In this document: positions 1 through 8,868 of the stretch, piece by piece
How positions within the stretch are numbered: the stretch's first letter is position 1
How the letters are laid out: each line of letters begins with the position of its first letter
From: an uncultured Planctomycetales bacterium
GTDB taxonomy: Bacteria; Omnitrophota; Gorgyraeia; Zapsychrales; Fredricksoniimonadaceae
DNA: 38,278 nt
Assembly: GCA_964483535.1 (NCBI GenBank)
Contig: CAZABZ010000001.1
Coordinates: 80,284 to 118,561, forward strand
Direction of reading: 5' to 3'
The notes under the pieces: model-generated
What the model was told of the DNA's origin: nothing
What the model saw: only the letters and a program-made list of their open reading frames with translations
The model's database searches: none
Program-made: the position numbers and the translations under genes

Positions 1-225
1 TCTCGTCGATATTCGGAGTATAACATATTATATGCAGAAAGCAAATTTTAGCAAAATTTATTTATAATCTTAAGTCCTTATAAATAAACGAGTTGTGCTC
101 TTAATGAAAAAATAATATGGAATTTTAAAAAAATTTCATTTCATTATATAAATTTAAAAGAAGGAAACGCTTTCTTGGGGGAATTTACCTTCCTGTGGGA
201 TAATATTTAGCGAGTAGAGAAAACG

Positions 226-300
226 TCGTCATTCTGAGGAGCGATGGGGACGAAGGATCTTAAGACATCTTAAGATCCTTCGGCTACGCCTCAGGATGAC
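226..300. repeat. Imperfect palindromic repeat element: outer arms GTCATTCTGAGG / CCTCAGGATGAC, perfect 15-bp inner stem CGAAGGATCTTAAGA / TCTTAAGATCCTTCG
   Basis: Inverted repeat read directly from the sequence. It shares the GTCATT(G/C)(C/T)GAGG core with the elements at 9340..9386 and 11767..11804. Confidence 0.7.
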
Positions 301-313
301 GGCTTTCTTTATC

Positions 314-334
314 GGGCGGACACAAGGTCCGCCC
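314..334. repeat. GC-rich hairpin GGGCGGAC-acaag-GTCCGCCC
   Basis: Perfect 8-bp inverted repeat with a 5-nt loop, next to the palindromic element at 226..300. No U-tract follows on either strand. Confidence 0.6.
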
Positions 335-377
335 CTACGGAAAGAAGGGTTAGAAAGAGCACAATGGTAGGTTAATT

Positions 378-494
378 CAGAATGGACATTAATAAGATGT
401 GGCGACACTAAAAGTAGGTATCACAACGACATACGAATTCAGATTGGAAATTAATTCAGAATTAAAGCCGTCTATCCAGAATGGACATTAATAA
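378..494. repeat. Pair of perfect 18-bp direct repeats CAGAATGGACATTAATAA (378..395 and 477..494) with a degenerate related stretch between them
   Basis: Exact match read from the sequence. Non-coding region downstream of tadC. Function unknown. Confidence 0.7.
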
Positions 495-507
495 TTTCAG
501 TTCTGGC

Positions 508-1422
508 TTAGCGACCGAGACTCTTAAGCGGATTGTTCTGGAAGAAGTCCAGGAAGACTGGTCCAGCAACTAAAATAGCAACCACTGGAAAGATAAAAAA
601 CAGCAGAGGTATCAACATCTTCAAGGGTGCCTTTAATGCCATTGCCTCACCTCTCCTGAAACGGGCATCCCTCATGTCTTCAGAAAGTATGTTCAAGGCA
701 TCAATAACAGAGGTCCCCATGCGGTCAGCCTGAATGAGGGTTCTGGAAAAGGTGGACAGATCCGGCAATTCATACTTTTTAGCCAAATCCCTCAACGCAT
801 CACGCCTGGATTTACCCACATTAATTTCCTGCATCATGTTCCTTAGCTCATCGATAACCACTGTGGGCATTGATTTTTCAACCACATATTTCAGCGCCAT
901 CATAAAATCCAAACCGGCATTAACGCAAAGCCCCAAAAGGTCCACGGTATCCGGTAAAAACCTTAAAATGTCTTCTTTGATCTTCTTAATCCTGGCCTTC
1001 AGCCAAAACTCAGGCAGCATGTACCCGAGAGCAGCCCCCATTAAGATCCCGAACATTAAAAAATCGCCATTACCATTAAATTTTAAAACCAACAACAAAA
1101 GGACCGCTATCAGGATCTCTTTGATTAAAAAGAATTCTTCGACGGTGATCCTTGATTTGCCCATCCTCAAATCCCTGTACATGCGCTGACCGGTTGGCGA
1201 AATAGCGAAAGGCCTGTTAAATAAGGCCAGTTTACGCGTTGTCGAGAATATAAACTCCAACGGCCCCTTTTTTTTACTCTCAACGCCGAGTTTAGGCAGC
1301 AAGCTATCCAGGGGATCGTCCATCTTCAATTGCAATTTAGGACGATTATCCAAACCCACAGGCAAAAATCCCAAAATCAGGGCAAATCCGGCAAAAAAGG
1401 CGAATAATAAAGGTAGTAACAT
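508..1422 (-). CDS. tadC: TadC-like Flp pilus assembly inner-membrane platform protein (T2SS-F family)
   Basis: 304-aa ORF with terminal TM segments flanking a soluble GspF-like domain. Starts 1 nt after the tadB stop, as the last gene of the pilus operon. Confidence 0.8.
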   Translation of the reverse strand: MLLPLLFAFFAGFALILGFLPVGLDNRPKLQLKMDDPLDSLLPKLGVESKKKGPLEFIFSTTRKLALFNRPFAISPTGQRMYRDLRMGKSRITVEEFFLIKEILIAVLLLLVLKFNGNGDFLMFGILMGAALGYMLPEFWLKARIKKIKEDILRFLPDTVDLLGLCVNAGLDFMMALKYVVEKSMPTVVIDELRNMMQEINVGKSRRDALRDLAKKYELPDLSTFSRTLIQADRMGTSVIDALNILSEDMRDARFRRGEAMALKAPLKMLIPLLFFIFPVVAILVAGPVFLDFFQNNPLKSLGR

Positions 1423-1423
1423 T

Positions 1424-2290
1424 TTATACGTCCTTAAACGTGGATATTTTCCAAATGCTTAGGGCTCCTAACACCCACAATACGATGCACAAGACCATTA
1501 GATTCTGCCCCCTGGGCGAATTAAACATGGTGTCAAAAAAATGAGGGTTTGTCCCCGATACGGTAAAAAAGAAAAACACCGGCAAGCTGGTCATGACAAC
1601 CGCCTGAATTTTTCCCTGCATCGTCAGGGTTTGAAGGTTTTTTTCTATCTTTTTTTGCTCGCGGGTGCTTTTGACGATACGCGCAAAAATAATCGGCAAA
1701 TTGCCTCCGGTATCGCGCGCCAGCAAAATGGCCGTTACCAACTGCTGCATGGCCGGGGAAGGCATGCGCCGATAAAGACGATTGAGCGATTCGTCTAAAG
1801 GCACTCCCATTTTGTTCTCTCCTAAGACCACCCCAAACTCACCCTTGGTCGGGTCCGGCATTTCATCTGCCACTGATTCAAAAGCCTGTACTAAGCTTAA
1901 TCCCCCGCGAAAAGAGCTGGACATGATCATCATCGCATCAATAAGCTGGTCATTAAATTTTTGCTTGCGAATCGTGACAAGACGACCGACATACACGCGC
2001 GGCAAAATATAACCAAAAACCACCCCGGCAATCAGCCCGATCAATTTTTGCCCTTCAGGAAAAATAAAAAAACCTGCTATGCCTAAGACAACCGGACCTA
2101 AAAGGACCAGCTGGTACATTTTCTTAAGTTCTTCTTCCTTCATGTACCGGTCAATCTTTCCGACGACGGCCTGCGCCCGGTCTTTGTTCATCTGACTGGA
2201 CCTGGCCACCAACGTCGGCACAAAGGTGACCCCTAAAAGAGTAACAGCAACAAACAATAAAAATAAGGAAAGTATAAGCATATGCCTCAT
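1424..2290 (-). CDS. tadB: TadB-like Flp pilus assembly inner-membrane platform protein (T2SS-F family)
   Basis: 288-aa ORF with the same TM / soluble-domain / TM layout as the TadC paralog and adjacent to it. The start codon is uncertain: no clear SD at 2290, and an alternative ATG lies 9 nt downstream. Confidence 0.8.
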   Translation of the reverse strand: MRHMLILSLFLLFVAVTLLGVTFVPTLVARSSQMNKDRAQAVVGKIDRYMKEEELKKMYQLVLLGPVVLGIAGFFIFPEGQKLIGLIAGVVFGYILPRVYVGRLVTIRKQKFNDQLIDAMMIMSSSFRGGLSLVQAFESVADEMPDPTKGEFGVVLGENKMGVPLDESLNRLYRRMPSPAMQQLVTAILLARDTGGNLPIIFARIVKSTREQKKIEKNLQTLTMQGKIQAVVMTSLPVFFFFTVSGTNPHFFDTMFNSPRGQNLMVLCIVLWVLGALSIWKISTFKDV

Positions 2291-2294
2291 TACG

Positions 2295-2645
2295 TCATTG
2301 CGACGTCTGATTATTCATCTGACCACAACTGCTTGTCTGGCACTGACTATTCATTATGCCCTCTTGACAGTCAGCGTTGCATTGTGAATTGTTAAAAGAC
2401 AGGAAGCAATTACGATCATACCACAGATTTGATTGCTCATCAAAAGCGCATTCAATAGTTTTTTGCGGATCATACTGCCGCCCAAAGGCAAAGCTTTGTC
2501 CTGATTGCCCCCAGAGGCCAAAAATCCCGCGCTGGATATAATTTCTCATTACCAAAAACGCTCCGATGATAATGACAAATAACACCGTGTATTCAACCAC
2601 AGAAAATGCTTTTTTATTTAAAATTTTATAGTCCGGAAACATCAT
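2295..2645 (-). CDS. Flp/TadE-type prepilin-like protein with a Cys-rich C-terminal region
   Basis: N-terminus NKKA/FSVVEYTVLFVIIIGAFLV fits a class III signal plus hydrophobic helix. The YIQRGI motif is shared with pilins P4, P7 and P8. I count 7 Cys in the C-terminal half. GGAGGA lies 8 nt upstream of the ATG. Overlaps the 3' end of the 1130-aa gene by 20 nt. Confidence 0.7.
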   Translation of the reverse strand: MMFPDYKILNKKAFSVVEYTVLFVIIIGAFLVMRNYIQRGIFGLWGQSGQSFAFGRQYDPQKTIECAFDEQSNLWYDRNCFLSFNNSQCNADCQEGIMNSQCQTSSCGQMNNQTSQ

Positions 2646-5600
2646 ACGTCAGGTCCTCCGGCTGCTTCTGGCAGTTAACAAATTTCAAAGAATAATTACT
2701 CTGATTATAAGTCTCGCCCGAAGCCTGAGAAGCGTCACTGCCAGCTATATATTCCGCACAAATATGGCTTTCCGGGGCATTATTCAACAAATTATTGGCC
2801 TGGGAAAGACATTTGCCGTAGCCTGGGGAAGGAGAGTTAATGTCCACCGTACCGCTAGTGCTACCAGGATTGTAGTTGTCATTTAACATAAAAGCATTGC
2901 CAAGTGCCGTCTGATCCTGTGTCGATATTCCAGCATATCTTAACCCTTGTACCGTTTGGGGCACAAGGCCAAACCCGATAGAACCGCCGCTTAAGCCTTT
3001 ACATGCTTGCATAAGCTCTTTTCCGGTAGTATTGGCAACGCTGCCTGCGGCAGGATTATGAAATAAAAATTGCCATAACGGATGTCCATTAGGGAAGAGG
3101 ACAGAATTATTGCTATGGTCCTCATCCCAACGCTTGACACTGACATACACAAGTCCATCGCGAGCTTGGAGGGTATAAGTACGAGCCATATCACATGTCA
3201 AAGAATACGTGACAAAGTCTCCAGTAATGACTACATAGTAAGTCCACCAATTACTACTGTTGCATCCTAGCGCCGTCTCCGTGTCAATCCACGGCAATAG
3301 AGACCCTATGCCTAAGGTGTTACTTCCGCCACGGCCCGGCGAATATGCCGTGACTTTAACAAGATGCGCGTATCCCTGCTGGCCATTAGGGTAGGTATTA
3401 TCAACCCATCCATAGATTACGGAATTTGGTAATTTTGCCGTCGGAGAAGGTTGATTATACGCGTAGGTCAGCTGGGCTGCCGGCCCGCCGGCTGAGCAGT
3501 CGGAACCAGAACAGGGTTTGAAAAAAGCACTCAGCGCGTTGTATCCTGATTGAAAAATACTTTGCATGGACTGGGCCCTAGTGTAAATATCCTGTAAAAA
3601 CCCGGATCGCAACGCGAACTTTGGAGCCTCGTCGGTAGCTAAAATATAGCTGTTCTGCACCCAATTCGCAAAACTGCTTGGCGCGGTAGCGGTAGGATCA
3701 CATGAAGATTTATCGCCTGGAGTGAAGGCAGGTGCTTGCCCCGCGAGAGAACGGCCCAAAACCGAAGGCGCGCACGAGGCAGGCAATGCGGAGCATGTTG
3801 TTGCCTCCTTCTTCAAGTCGACCAAGCACTGATTATAGTTGTTCGCCGGGACCGTGCCCGCATTATAATTCAGACAGGCAATAACAGAGGGCATGCTCCC
3901 CCAGGTTGCTCCGCCGTCATTACTATTTATATAGGTATTTTCAGTTGAGCCATTCTCACTTAAAAGTATCGCTTCCTGCGGAACGCACCAGGCACTGTTG
4001 CTCTCATAGCTTTTTGTATTCAACCAATTTGTAATCACCGTGTTCCAAGTGCTGAGATTTGTCACCAGCGGCGGCAAACGGCCGGTCGACGGATCAATCC
4101 AATCAGCCATCTGAGGATACCAGGTAGTAAATGTTGCGCTTAATGTTCCTACATCATTACTAAGGAAGTTATTTGAAAAATTAACAAAATCTGTCAAGGT
4201 GTGCATAGCGTAGTCCAACCCATCCAGGGTACTGGGCGGTTCAGTTAAAGGGGGAGAGGGCGCCGAAGAAGACGCAGTGGCGCTGCCAGTCAACTCACAA
4301 GTACCATCCTGAAAGGTCGAGGTTGCTCCATTATATGGCCAGGTCGTGGAGCACATCTGGTTGTCTCCTTGCAACCAAGAGCCGGAGCTGGCTTCTCCAA
4401 AGCTTGGATCAATAGCAGGATTTGACGATCCCACTATATCAATCGCCCCATTGACAACGGTGCTGGACGGAGTTGGCACGCCGTTAGTGACGCTGCCGGC
4501 AAGATAATTAACACAACAATCTTGGCCCTGACAACTATACGGCAAACTTAACTGGGCCAAATCTGTAAATCCCGTTGGAACTGTAAAAACCGGAATATTA
4601 ACTCCGTTGGTAGCTGTCGTTGCCGGGGCGCACCAATGGAGATCCGGAGAGTTTGCGACAGGAGGATTGGTTAGTGGATTAATGTTATTCACCTCCGGGC
4701 TATAAGCCTTCATCAGCCAGAAAAATGGAAATACTCCGTTGGGAAACTCCACAACAGGCGTCACTCCAGCGGGGGTTATCACATCGGGCTGTAAAGTAAA
4801 AGGCGGTGTCCCCATGGGCTGGTCACGGCCATACTGGGCTAAAAATGATACCCCTGCCGCATAGTTCTGAAAAGTAGGATCATAAAGAAGCGTGTACGGA
4901 TTTGTCGAGGCCCCGTATGCTCCATATGGATTATTTTGCGTGCATTGCACGGGTGCGCCGTTGTAGCTTGTGCCTTGATCACAACTAGAAGGCCGTACAG
5001 ACACATACTGTGTAGGGTGCATGGGATTGAACGTACAATTAGAAGACTGTGTAGACAAACCCGACATGGAGTGCGTGGAATTGAAAGTACCTTTGGTAGC
5101 GCTGGAAGCACAATACGCCGGATCCAGCACTTGCAGCGGCTGACAGCATGGGTCGCAATAAGGACTATAGGGATTTGAACTGGAGCACGCGTCATTTAAT
5201 TGGAAAACATTCGGTATCTTCACTTGACAGGCTGGATCTATAGGATCATTAATGCAAGTTTGTGCGCCTAAAGCGGCACAGACAGGGTTGAGCGTAACAG
5301 CGTTCTGATAACTTGCATAATCACTTTCATTTTGACCGCACGTTTCGCCATTCATTAATTCCCCCAATTGATTATAAAAGAACACCACCTGAGGGATAAG
5401 AGGTTTGTTTAACATTTTTAAACGGTCGGTATAAAATAACGCAAACCGGCCAACAGTGTCATTGGGGAAACCGTTTGTGCTTCCCAAAACACCATTGGCG
5501 TTAGAATCAAGATAATCCGTGATGTTAACTTGGTCCGTGACGCTGCCTTGAAGGGCCGCGGCGATGCCCCCTTCATAAAACTGCTGGGTGATAGGCTGGT

Positions 5601-6018
5601 TCTTCTGTAATTGATTCCATATCGATGTTATCCCCGGCTGAACCACGACTATTTGAAGGACTAAATTTGCAACAGCCGCCACAACCAGAAGCCACATCAC
5701 AGGCCCCATCGTCCCATAACTACAAATGGTTACAACAATCGCTACTATAATTGTAATAATAGCCACTATGAGCCCCACCCTGCCGGTATATTGATTAGTG
5801 CCCTGTAAATTTTCCTCCTTCATCATTTCACCATAACTGGCCGCATCCGAAGCCAAAAGCGAGGCGCTTTGATCGGCGGCTATAGTCAACAAGGCCTTTG
5901 TCTGGGCAACGCGACCCCAGTTTAAGGTGATGGCAAGAAAAATCAGCGCCGCCGCCGTCAATAAAATCAAAATCAAGGCAGTTTGGCCACGCGTGTCATT
6001 GTTTATTTTTTTAATCAT
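2626..6018 (-). CDS. Giant TadG-like protein (1130 aa): TadE/G-like N-terminus, an extra TM hairpin, and a long Cys/Ser/Thr/Asn/Pro-rich extracytoplasmic region
   Basis: N-terminus TRGQTALILILLTAAALIFLAITLNWGRVAQTKALLTIAADQSASLLASDAA matches the Tad_N (TadE/G-like) pattern. A second hydrophobic block of about 50 aa (GLIVAIITIIVAIVV...LVLQIVVVQPG) follows. I count about 33 Cys. No other domain recognised. The start overlaps the upstream gene by 4 nt (ATGA). Confidence 0.7.
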   Translation of the reverse strand: MIKKINNDTRGQTALILILLTAAALIFLAITLNWGRVAQTKALLTIAADQSASLLASDAASYGEMMKEENLQGTNQYTGRVGLIVAIITIIVAIVVTICSYGTMGPVMWLLVVAAVANLVLQIVVVQPGITSIWNQLQKNQPITQQFYEGGIAAALQGSVTDQVNITDYLDSNANGVLGSTNGFPNDTVGRFALFYTDRLKMLNKPLIPQVVFFYNQLGELMNGETCGQNESDYASYQNAVTLNPVCAALGAQTCINDPIDPACQVKIPNVFQLNDACSSSNPYSPYCDPCCQPLQVLDPAYCASSATKGTFNSTHSMSGLSTQSSNCTFNPMHPTQYVSVRPSSCDQGTSYNGAPVQCTQNNPYGAYGASTNPYTLLYDPTFQNYAAGVSFLAQYGRDQPMGTPPFTLQPDVITPAGVTPVVEFPNGVFPFFWLMKAYSPEVNNINPLTNPPVANSPDLHWCAPATTATNGVNIPVFTVPTGFTDLAQLSLPYSCQGQDCCVNYLAGSVTNGVPTPSSTVVNGAIDIVGSSNPAIDPSFGEASSGSWLQGDNQMCSTTWPYNGATSTFQDGTCELTGSATASSSAPSPPLTEPPSTLDGLDYAMHTLTDFVNFSNNFLSNDVGTLSATFTTWYPQMADWIDPSTGRLPPLVTNLSTWNTVITNWLNTKSYESNSAWCVPQEAILLSENGSTENTYINSNDGGATWGSMPSVIACLNYNAGTVPANNYNQCLVDLKKEATTCSALPASCAPSVLGRSLAGQAPAFTPGDKSSCDPTATAPSSFANWVQNSYILATDEAPKFALRSGFLQDIYTRAQSMQSIFQSGYNALSAFFKPCSGSDCSAGGPAAQLTYAYNQPSPTAKLPNSVIYGWVDNTYPNGQQGYAHLVKVTAYSPGRGGSNTLGIGSLLPWIDTETALGCNSSNWWTYYVVITGDFVTYSLTCDMARTYTLQARDGLVYVSVKRWDEDHSNNSVLFPNGHPLWQFLFHNPAAGSVANTTGKELMQACKGLSGGSIGFGLVPQTVQGLRYAGISTQDQTALGNAFMLNDNYNPGSTSGTVDINSPSPGYGKCLSQANNLLNNAPESHICAEYIAGSDASQASGETYNQSNYSLKFVNCQKQPEDLTYDVSGL

Positions 6019-6266
6019 GGAATTGTATTGTTCCCATTAGTTATGCTGCCGTGATACACCGCGGCCATCGGCTGAGCAATGCCGACGTCAGAATTTAGTT
6101 GTGACGCCGGATCGGTGCCCACCAGTGTTGTCATTGAATTGTCCTGCGCCCAACGCCGCTCGGCCAAATCCATGCCTGTCCAACGGAAGACCCTCACCAT
6201 GCCGTAAACTAAAAACATAATGACAACCATCGCAAAGGTGAATTCTATGGTTGATTGGGCTTTCAT
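6015..6266 (-). CDS. TadE-like pseudopilin (83 aa)
   Basis: N-terminus MKA/QSTIEFTFAMVVIMFLVYGMV fits the TadE-type motif. Translationally coupled to both neighbours. Confidence 0.7.
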   Translation of the reverse strand: MKAQSTIEFTFAMVVIMFLVYGMVRVFRWTGMDLAERRWAQDNSMTTLVGTDPASQLNSDVGIAQPMAAVYHGSITNGNNTIP

Positions 6267-8138
6267 TTATTTAATCCTCAATTGTCCTGATGTATCAGTC
6301 ATCCAAAAATGGCCGCGCCGATCTTGAAGACGGCTGCGGACAAATAACATATTGCTATTCGCATAAAAACATGTCGATTTAATATTCTGCTGACTGCTAA
6401 AACAGTTATCATTGGAGCCGGGAGGTATACAGACTTCCACCGGATTAGGCGTTACCCCGTCATTGGCAACAGTAGTCAGACGGTTCCCATTTTGATCGCA
6501 AAAGCGTCCGGTGTTATTGCTCAATTGAATAGTGCGCTGTATTAAGTCTATTGTATCGCGCTTATTAGCGCTGCGCACAAACTGGTCGGTTTCAGGATTG
6601 TATAATTTCCCTTCCTTAATCTGTAAATAAGTGCCGTCCTGGGTGAAGGTGAAAATTTGCGAGTCTGGCTGTAACCCAGGCTTGGGGCCGCAAGAGGTGA
6701 ACTGGTCCCAAATTCCATCAATATCCCCGCCCTGAGGGTCCTCATAAGACACCGTTGGTGTCCCGTCTGAATTCAGGCTGATTGCGTAAATAGTTACTCC
6801 CTCTTCCGCTATCCTGCCGTCTATATCATACTGAGGATACTGGTTGTTGCTGGCATTCAATCCGATTACGCTATCGATTGTAGCCCCTCCTGCCGAGGGA
6901 CTAAACAACCCAAACACGCTGCTAGAAGCCGCGGTGGTTGAAGGGACCCTTACCGCGGTGGCCGCCCATTGCCAGGCTACGTAACAACGCATGTTCGCTG
7001 CCGTAGTAGCTGAACATGCTGTCACCCCCCCTGTCTCCGCCATCGCAGGAAATTGCTGCTCTACCGACGTGTAATCCCCCAAGCGCTGAAGGTCATATTG
7101 CATGTCCCCACTGCTGTTGGTATACGGATTGCCGTTTGCATCCAACACCGTCAAAGTCGAACATAACGCGTTATACGAAACGCTATCCGACGAGCTACTC
7201 GTGGTGGACGAACAGGCCGGTGGGGTCGGTAAAAAGAAGGGCGCCGTCTGTCCTCCGTTGACCGCTCGTGTATAAAATAATTTATAAGAGGTCATGTTGC
7301 TCTGCAAAATACTTTGTATCTGATTTAATGCCGTCTGCCCCGCACTTGGAAACTTGTTTTCAAACCACGTGACAAACGAAGTTGGCAACGTCGACGAATT
7401 AACAGTGCCCTGGGTATTAGACCCCAAAGCCAGACTAATCACCCCTTCATTGGCCAATTCATTAAAAATGGCATTGCCATTGGCTGCCATTGTTGTGTCT
7501 GTCTTCGTCTTGCTGATATTGGAATAATTATTTGTCGTGTCGAATGTGAATGGTACTACATAATCAAACAGGCTTGCATTAACTGTCGGGAGCGCCCATT
7601 CCCTTTTATTGCGATTGCTTTGGTTCTTTAGGCACTGCTGTTGCTGCGGGGTGGAGGCGTTACAATCCGACGAGCATTGCGTAGATTTTGTAATTGTTTT
7701 ATTCGTAACATAGGACGCGGTGGTAAAAGGAAAATACTGGCCGTTGATATAAACGTCCATGATCGGCAAATTCGAAGCCACCTCGCCAACATCCAAAGGA
7801 TAGAGCTCCTCATACGAAAAGGTCCCTGAACCCTGGGCAATAAAAGGATTACGGTCTAAAGCCCCATACTTATTAAAGTCCGGGGAAAGCCGGTCTTCCA
7901 CAAAAAGAATTGAAGCGCTGGTGCGGGACGTATTGCCGGCCTTGGAGCTATTCCATGAAGCCAGCATGGCCATGCGCATGGCTTTAAAATTTTGATTTTG
8001 CGTATAACTATTGCCCACGGCGGAACGCACAATCGTCCCCAGAATAAAAACAAGGATAGCTCCGAAGACGGCAAGCTCGATGGCAGCCTGCCCTGCCTTG
8101 GCGATGACCTGTGTTTTTTTATTTTCCATCTTGAGCAT
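6267..8138 (-). CDS. Large TadE-like protein (623 aa) with a Ser/Thr/Asn-rich extracytoplasmic region
   Basis: N-terminus KAG/QAAIELAVFGAILVFILGTIV fits the TadE_N pattern. I count about 12 Cys. The remainder is not recognisable. Its start overlaps the upstream pilin stop by 1 nt (TAATG). Confidence 0.65.
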   Translation of the reverse strand: MLKMENKKTQVIAKAGQAAIELAVFGAILVFILGTIVRSAVGNSYTQNQNFKAMRMAMLASWNSSKAGNTSRTSASILFVEDRLSPDFNKYGALDRNPFIAQGSGTFSYEELYPLDVGEVASNLPIMDVYINGQYFPFTTASYVTNKTITKSTQCSSDCNASTPQQQQCLKNQSNRNKREWALPTVNASLFDYVVPFTFDTTNNYSNISKTKTDTTMAANGNAIFNELANEGVISLALGSNTQGTVNSSTLPTSFVTWFENKFPSAGQTALNQIQSILQSNMTSYKLFYTRAVNGGQTAPFFLPTPPACSSTTSSSSDSVSYNALCSTLTVLDANGNPYTNSSGDMQYDLQRLGDYTSVEQQFPAMAETGGVTACSATTAANMRCYVAWQWAATAVRVPSTTAASSSVFGLFSPSAGGATIDSVIGLNASNNQYPQYDIDGRIAEEGVTIYAISLNSDGTPTVSYEDPQGGDIDGIWDQFTSCGPKPGLQPDSQIFTFTQDGTYLQIKEGKLYNPETDQFVRSANKRDTIDLIQRTIQLSNNTGRFCDQNGNRLTTVANDGVTPNPVEVCIPPGSNDNCFSSQQNIKSTCFYANSNMLFVRSRLQDRRGHFWMTDTSGQLRIK

Positions 8139-8467
8139 TAATTCCCTACCTGTGTACTCCCTGTCTTCGTTTCCAAAGAATTGGACGCGTCAACCCGATT
8201 TGTCCATTGGCCCTGTTCCAACTGACCTGTACTGTTATTAGATCCATTTAAGACAGTCACAATGGATTGTGCATTAACCTGCGTCGCGTAGACGATATTG
8301 GAGTTAACGGACTGGGGGTCATACTGGTCGCCAAAATCATCTGCCGCTGATTTCCACCGGCCCTGAATGCCTCTCTTGATATAATCCTTCATGGCAATCA
8401 TAACTCCCAGGATAATAATCACGATCACCGTGTATTCTAAAATTGTTTGTCCTTTATGGTTGCGCAT
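8138..8467 (-). CDS. Flp-type prepilin P8 (type B, 109 aa)
   Basis: HKG/QTILEYTVIVIIILGVMIA, then YIKRGIQGRWKSAADDFGDQYDP. This is a close paralog of P4. Confidence 0.8.
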   Translation of the reverse strand: MRNHKGQTILEYTVIVIIILGVMIAMKDYIKRGIQGRWKSAADDFGDQYDPQSVNSNIVYATQVNAQSIVTVLNGSNNSTGQLEQGQWTNRVDASNSLETKTGSTQVGN

Positions 8468-8507
8468 AAGTTTTATCCTTTAATCCGTGTCCTTGCACAA
8501 TTGTTTT

Positions 8508-8867
8508 TTACTGATTAGTCTGAGTAAACCCTCCATTGGTGATGGTATTTGTCATCGTATAAGAGGACTCATTGAAAACCGTATTCGTCACATAAACCGC
8601 GTTACCGGATGCCGGCATATACCCTGATTCTGTTACCTGCTTCTTTTTGGATTCTTGTGTCACGCTGTTGGACCCTTCCATATATCCTTGCTGGACGTCA
8701 TTGAAATCCTGGTCTGAATTCTGCTGGTTGCCCACCTGATCTGCCGTGACCTTTACCAAACTTTGCACGCCGCGCTTGATGCTTGTCCCCATATAATAAA
8801 GCACTACCGTAACAATGCCGACGATGATGGTGTATTCCAAAATAGACTGGCCGCGGCGCGCGAACAT
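8508..8867 (-). CDS. Flp-type prepilin P7 (type B-like, 119 aa); start moved to the internal ATG at 8867
   Basis: MFARRG/QSILEYTIIVGIVTVVL fits the prepilin motif. GGGAGGTG lies 5 nt upstream of this ATG. The 70-aa N-terminal extension in the ORF track is an out-of-frame read through the P6 tandem repeat. Confidence 0.75.
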   Translation of the reverse strand: MFARRGQSILEYTIIVGIVTVVLYYMGTSIKRGVQSLVKVTADQVGNQQNSDQDFNDVQQGYMEGSNSVTQESKKKQVTESGYMPASGNAVYVTNTVFNESSYTMTNTITNGGFTQTNQ

Positions 8868-8868
8868 C

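Noticed and set aside
533-1189. Plus-strand ORFs (533..733, 734..1189) antisense to tadC, with similar antisense ORFs inside tadB, the giant genes, cpaEF, the secretin, gyrA, gyrB, dnaA and others
   Set aside because: These are shadow ORFs fully contained within long, well-supported genes on the opposite strand. Their composition is low-complexity or biased, and they have no SD or recognisable motifs.
2284-2300. GTCATTGCGACG at the tadB start and 116-aa gene stop as another copy of the repeat family
   Set aside because: Only about 10 nt match the repeat core, there is no second arm, and the sequence is constrained by overlapping coding and stop signals. It is likely coincidental.
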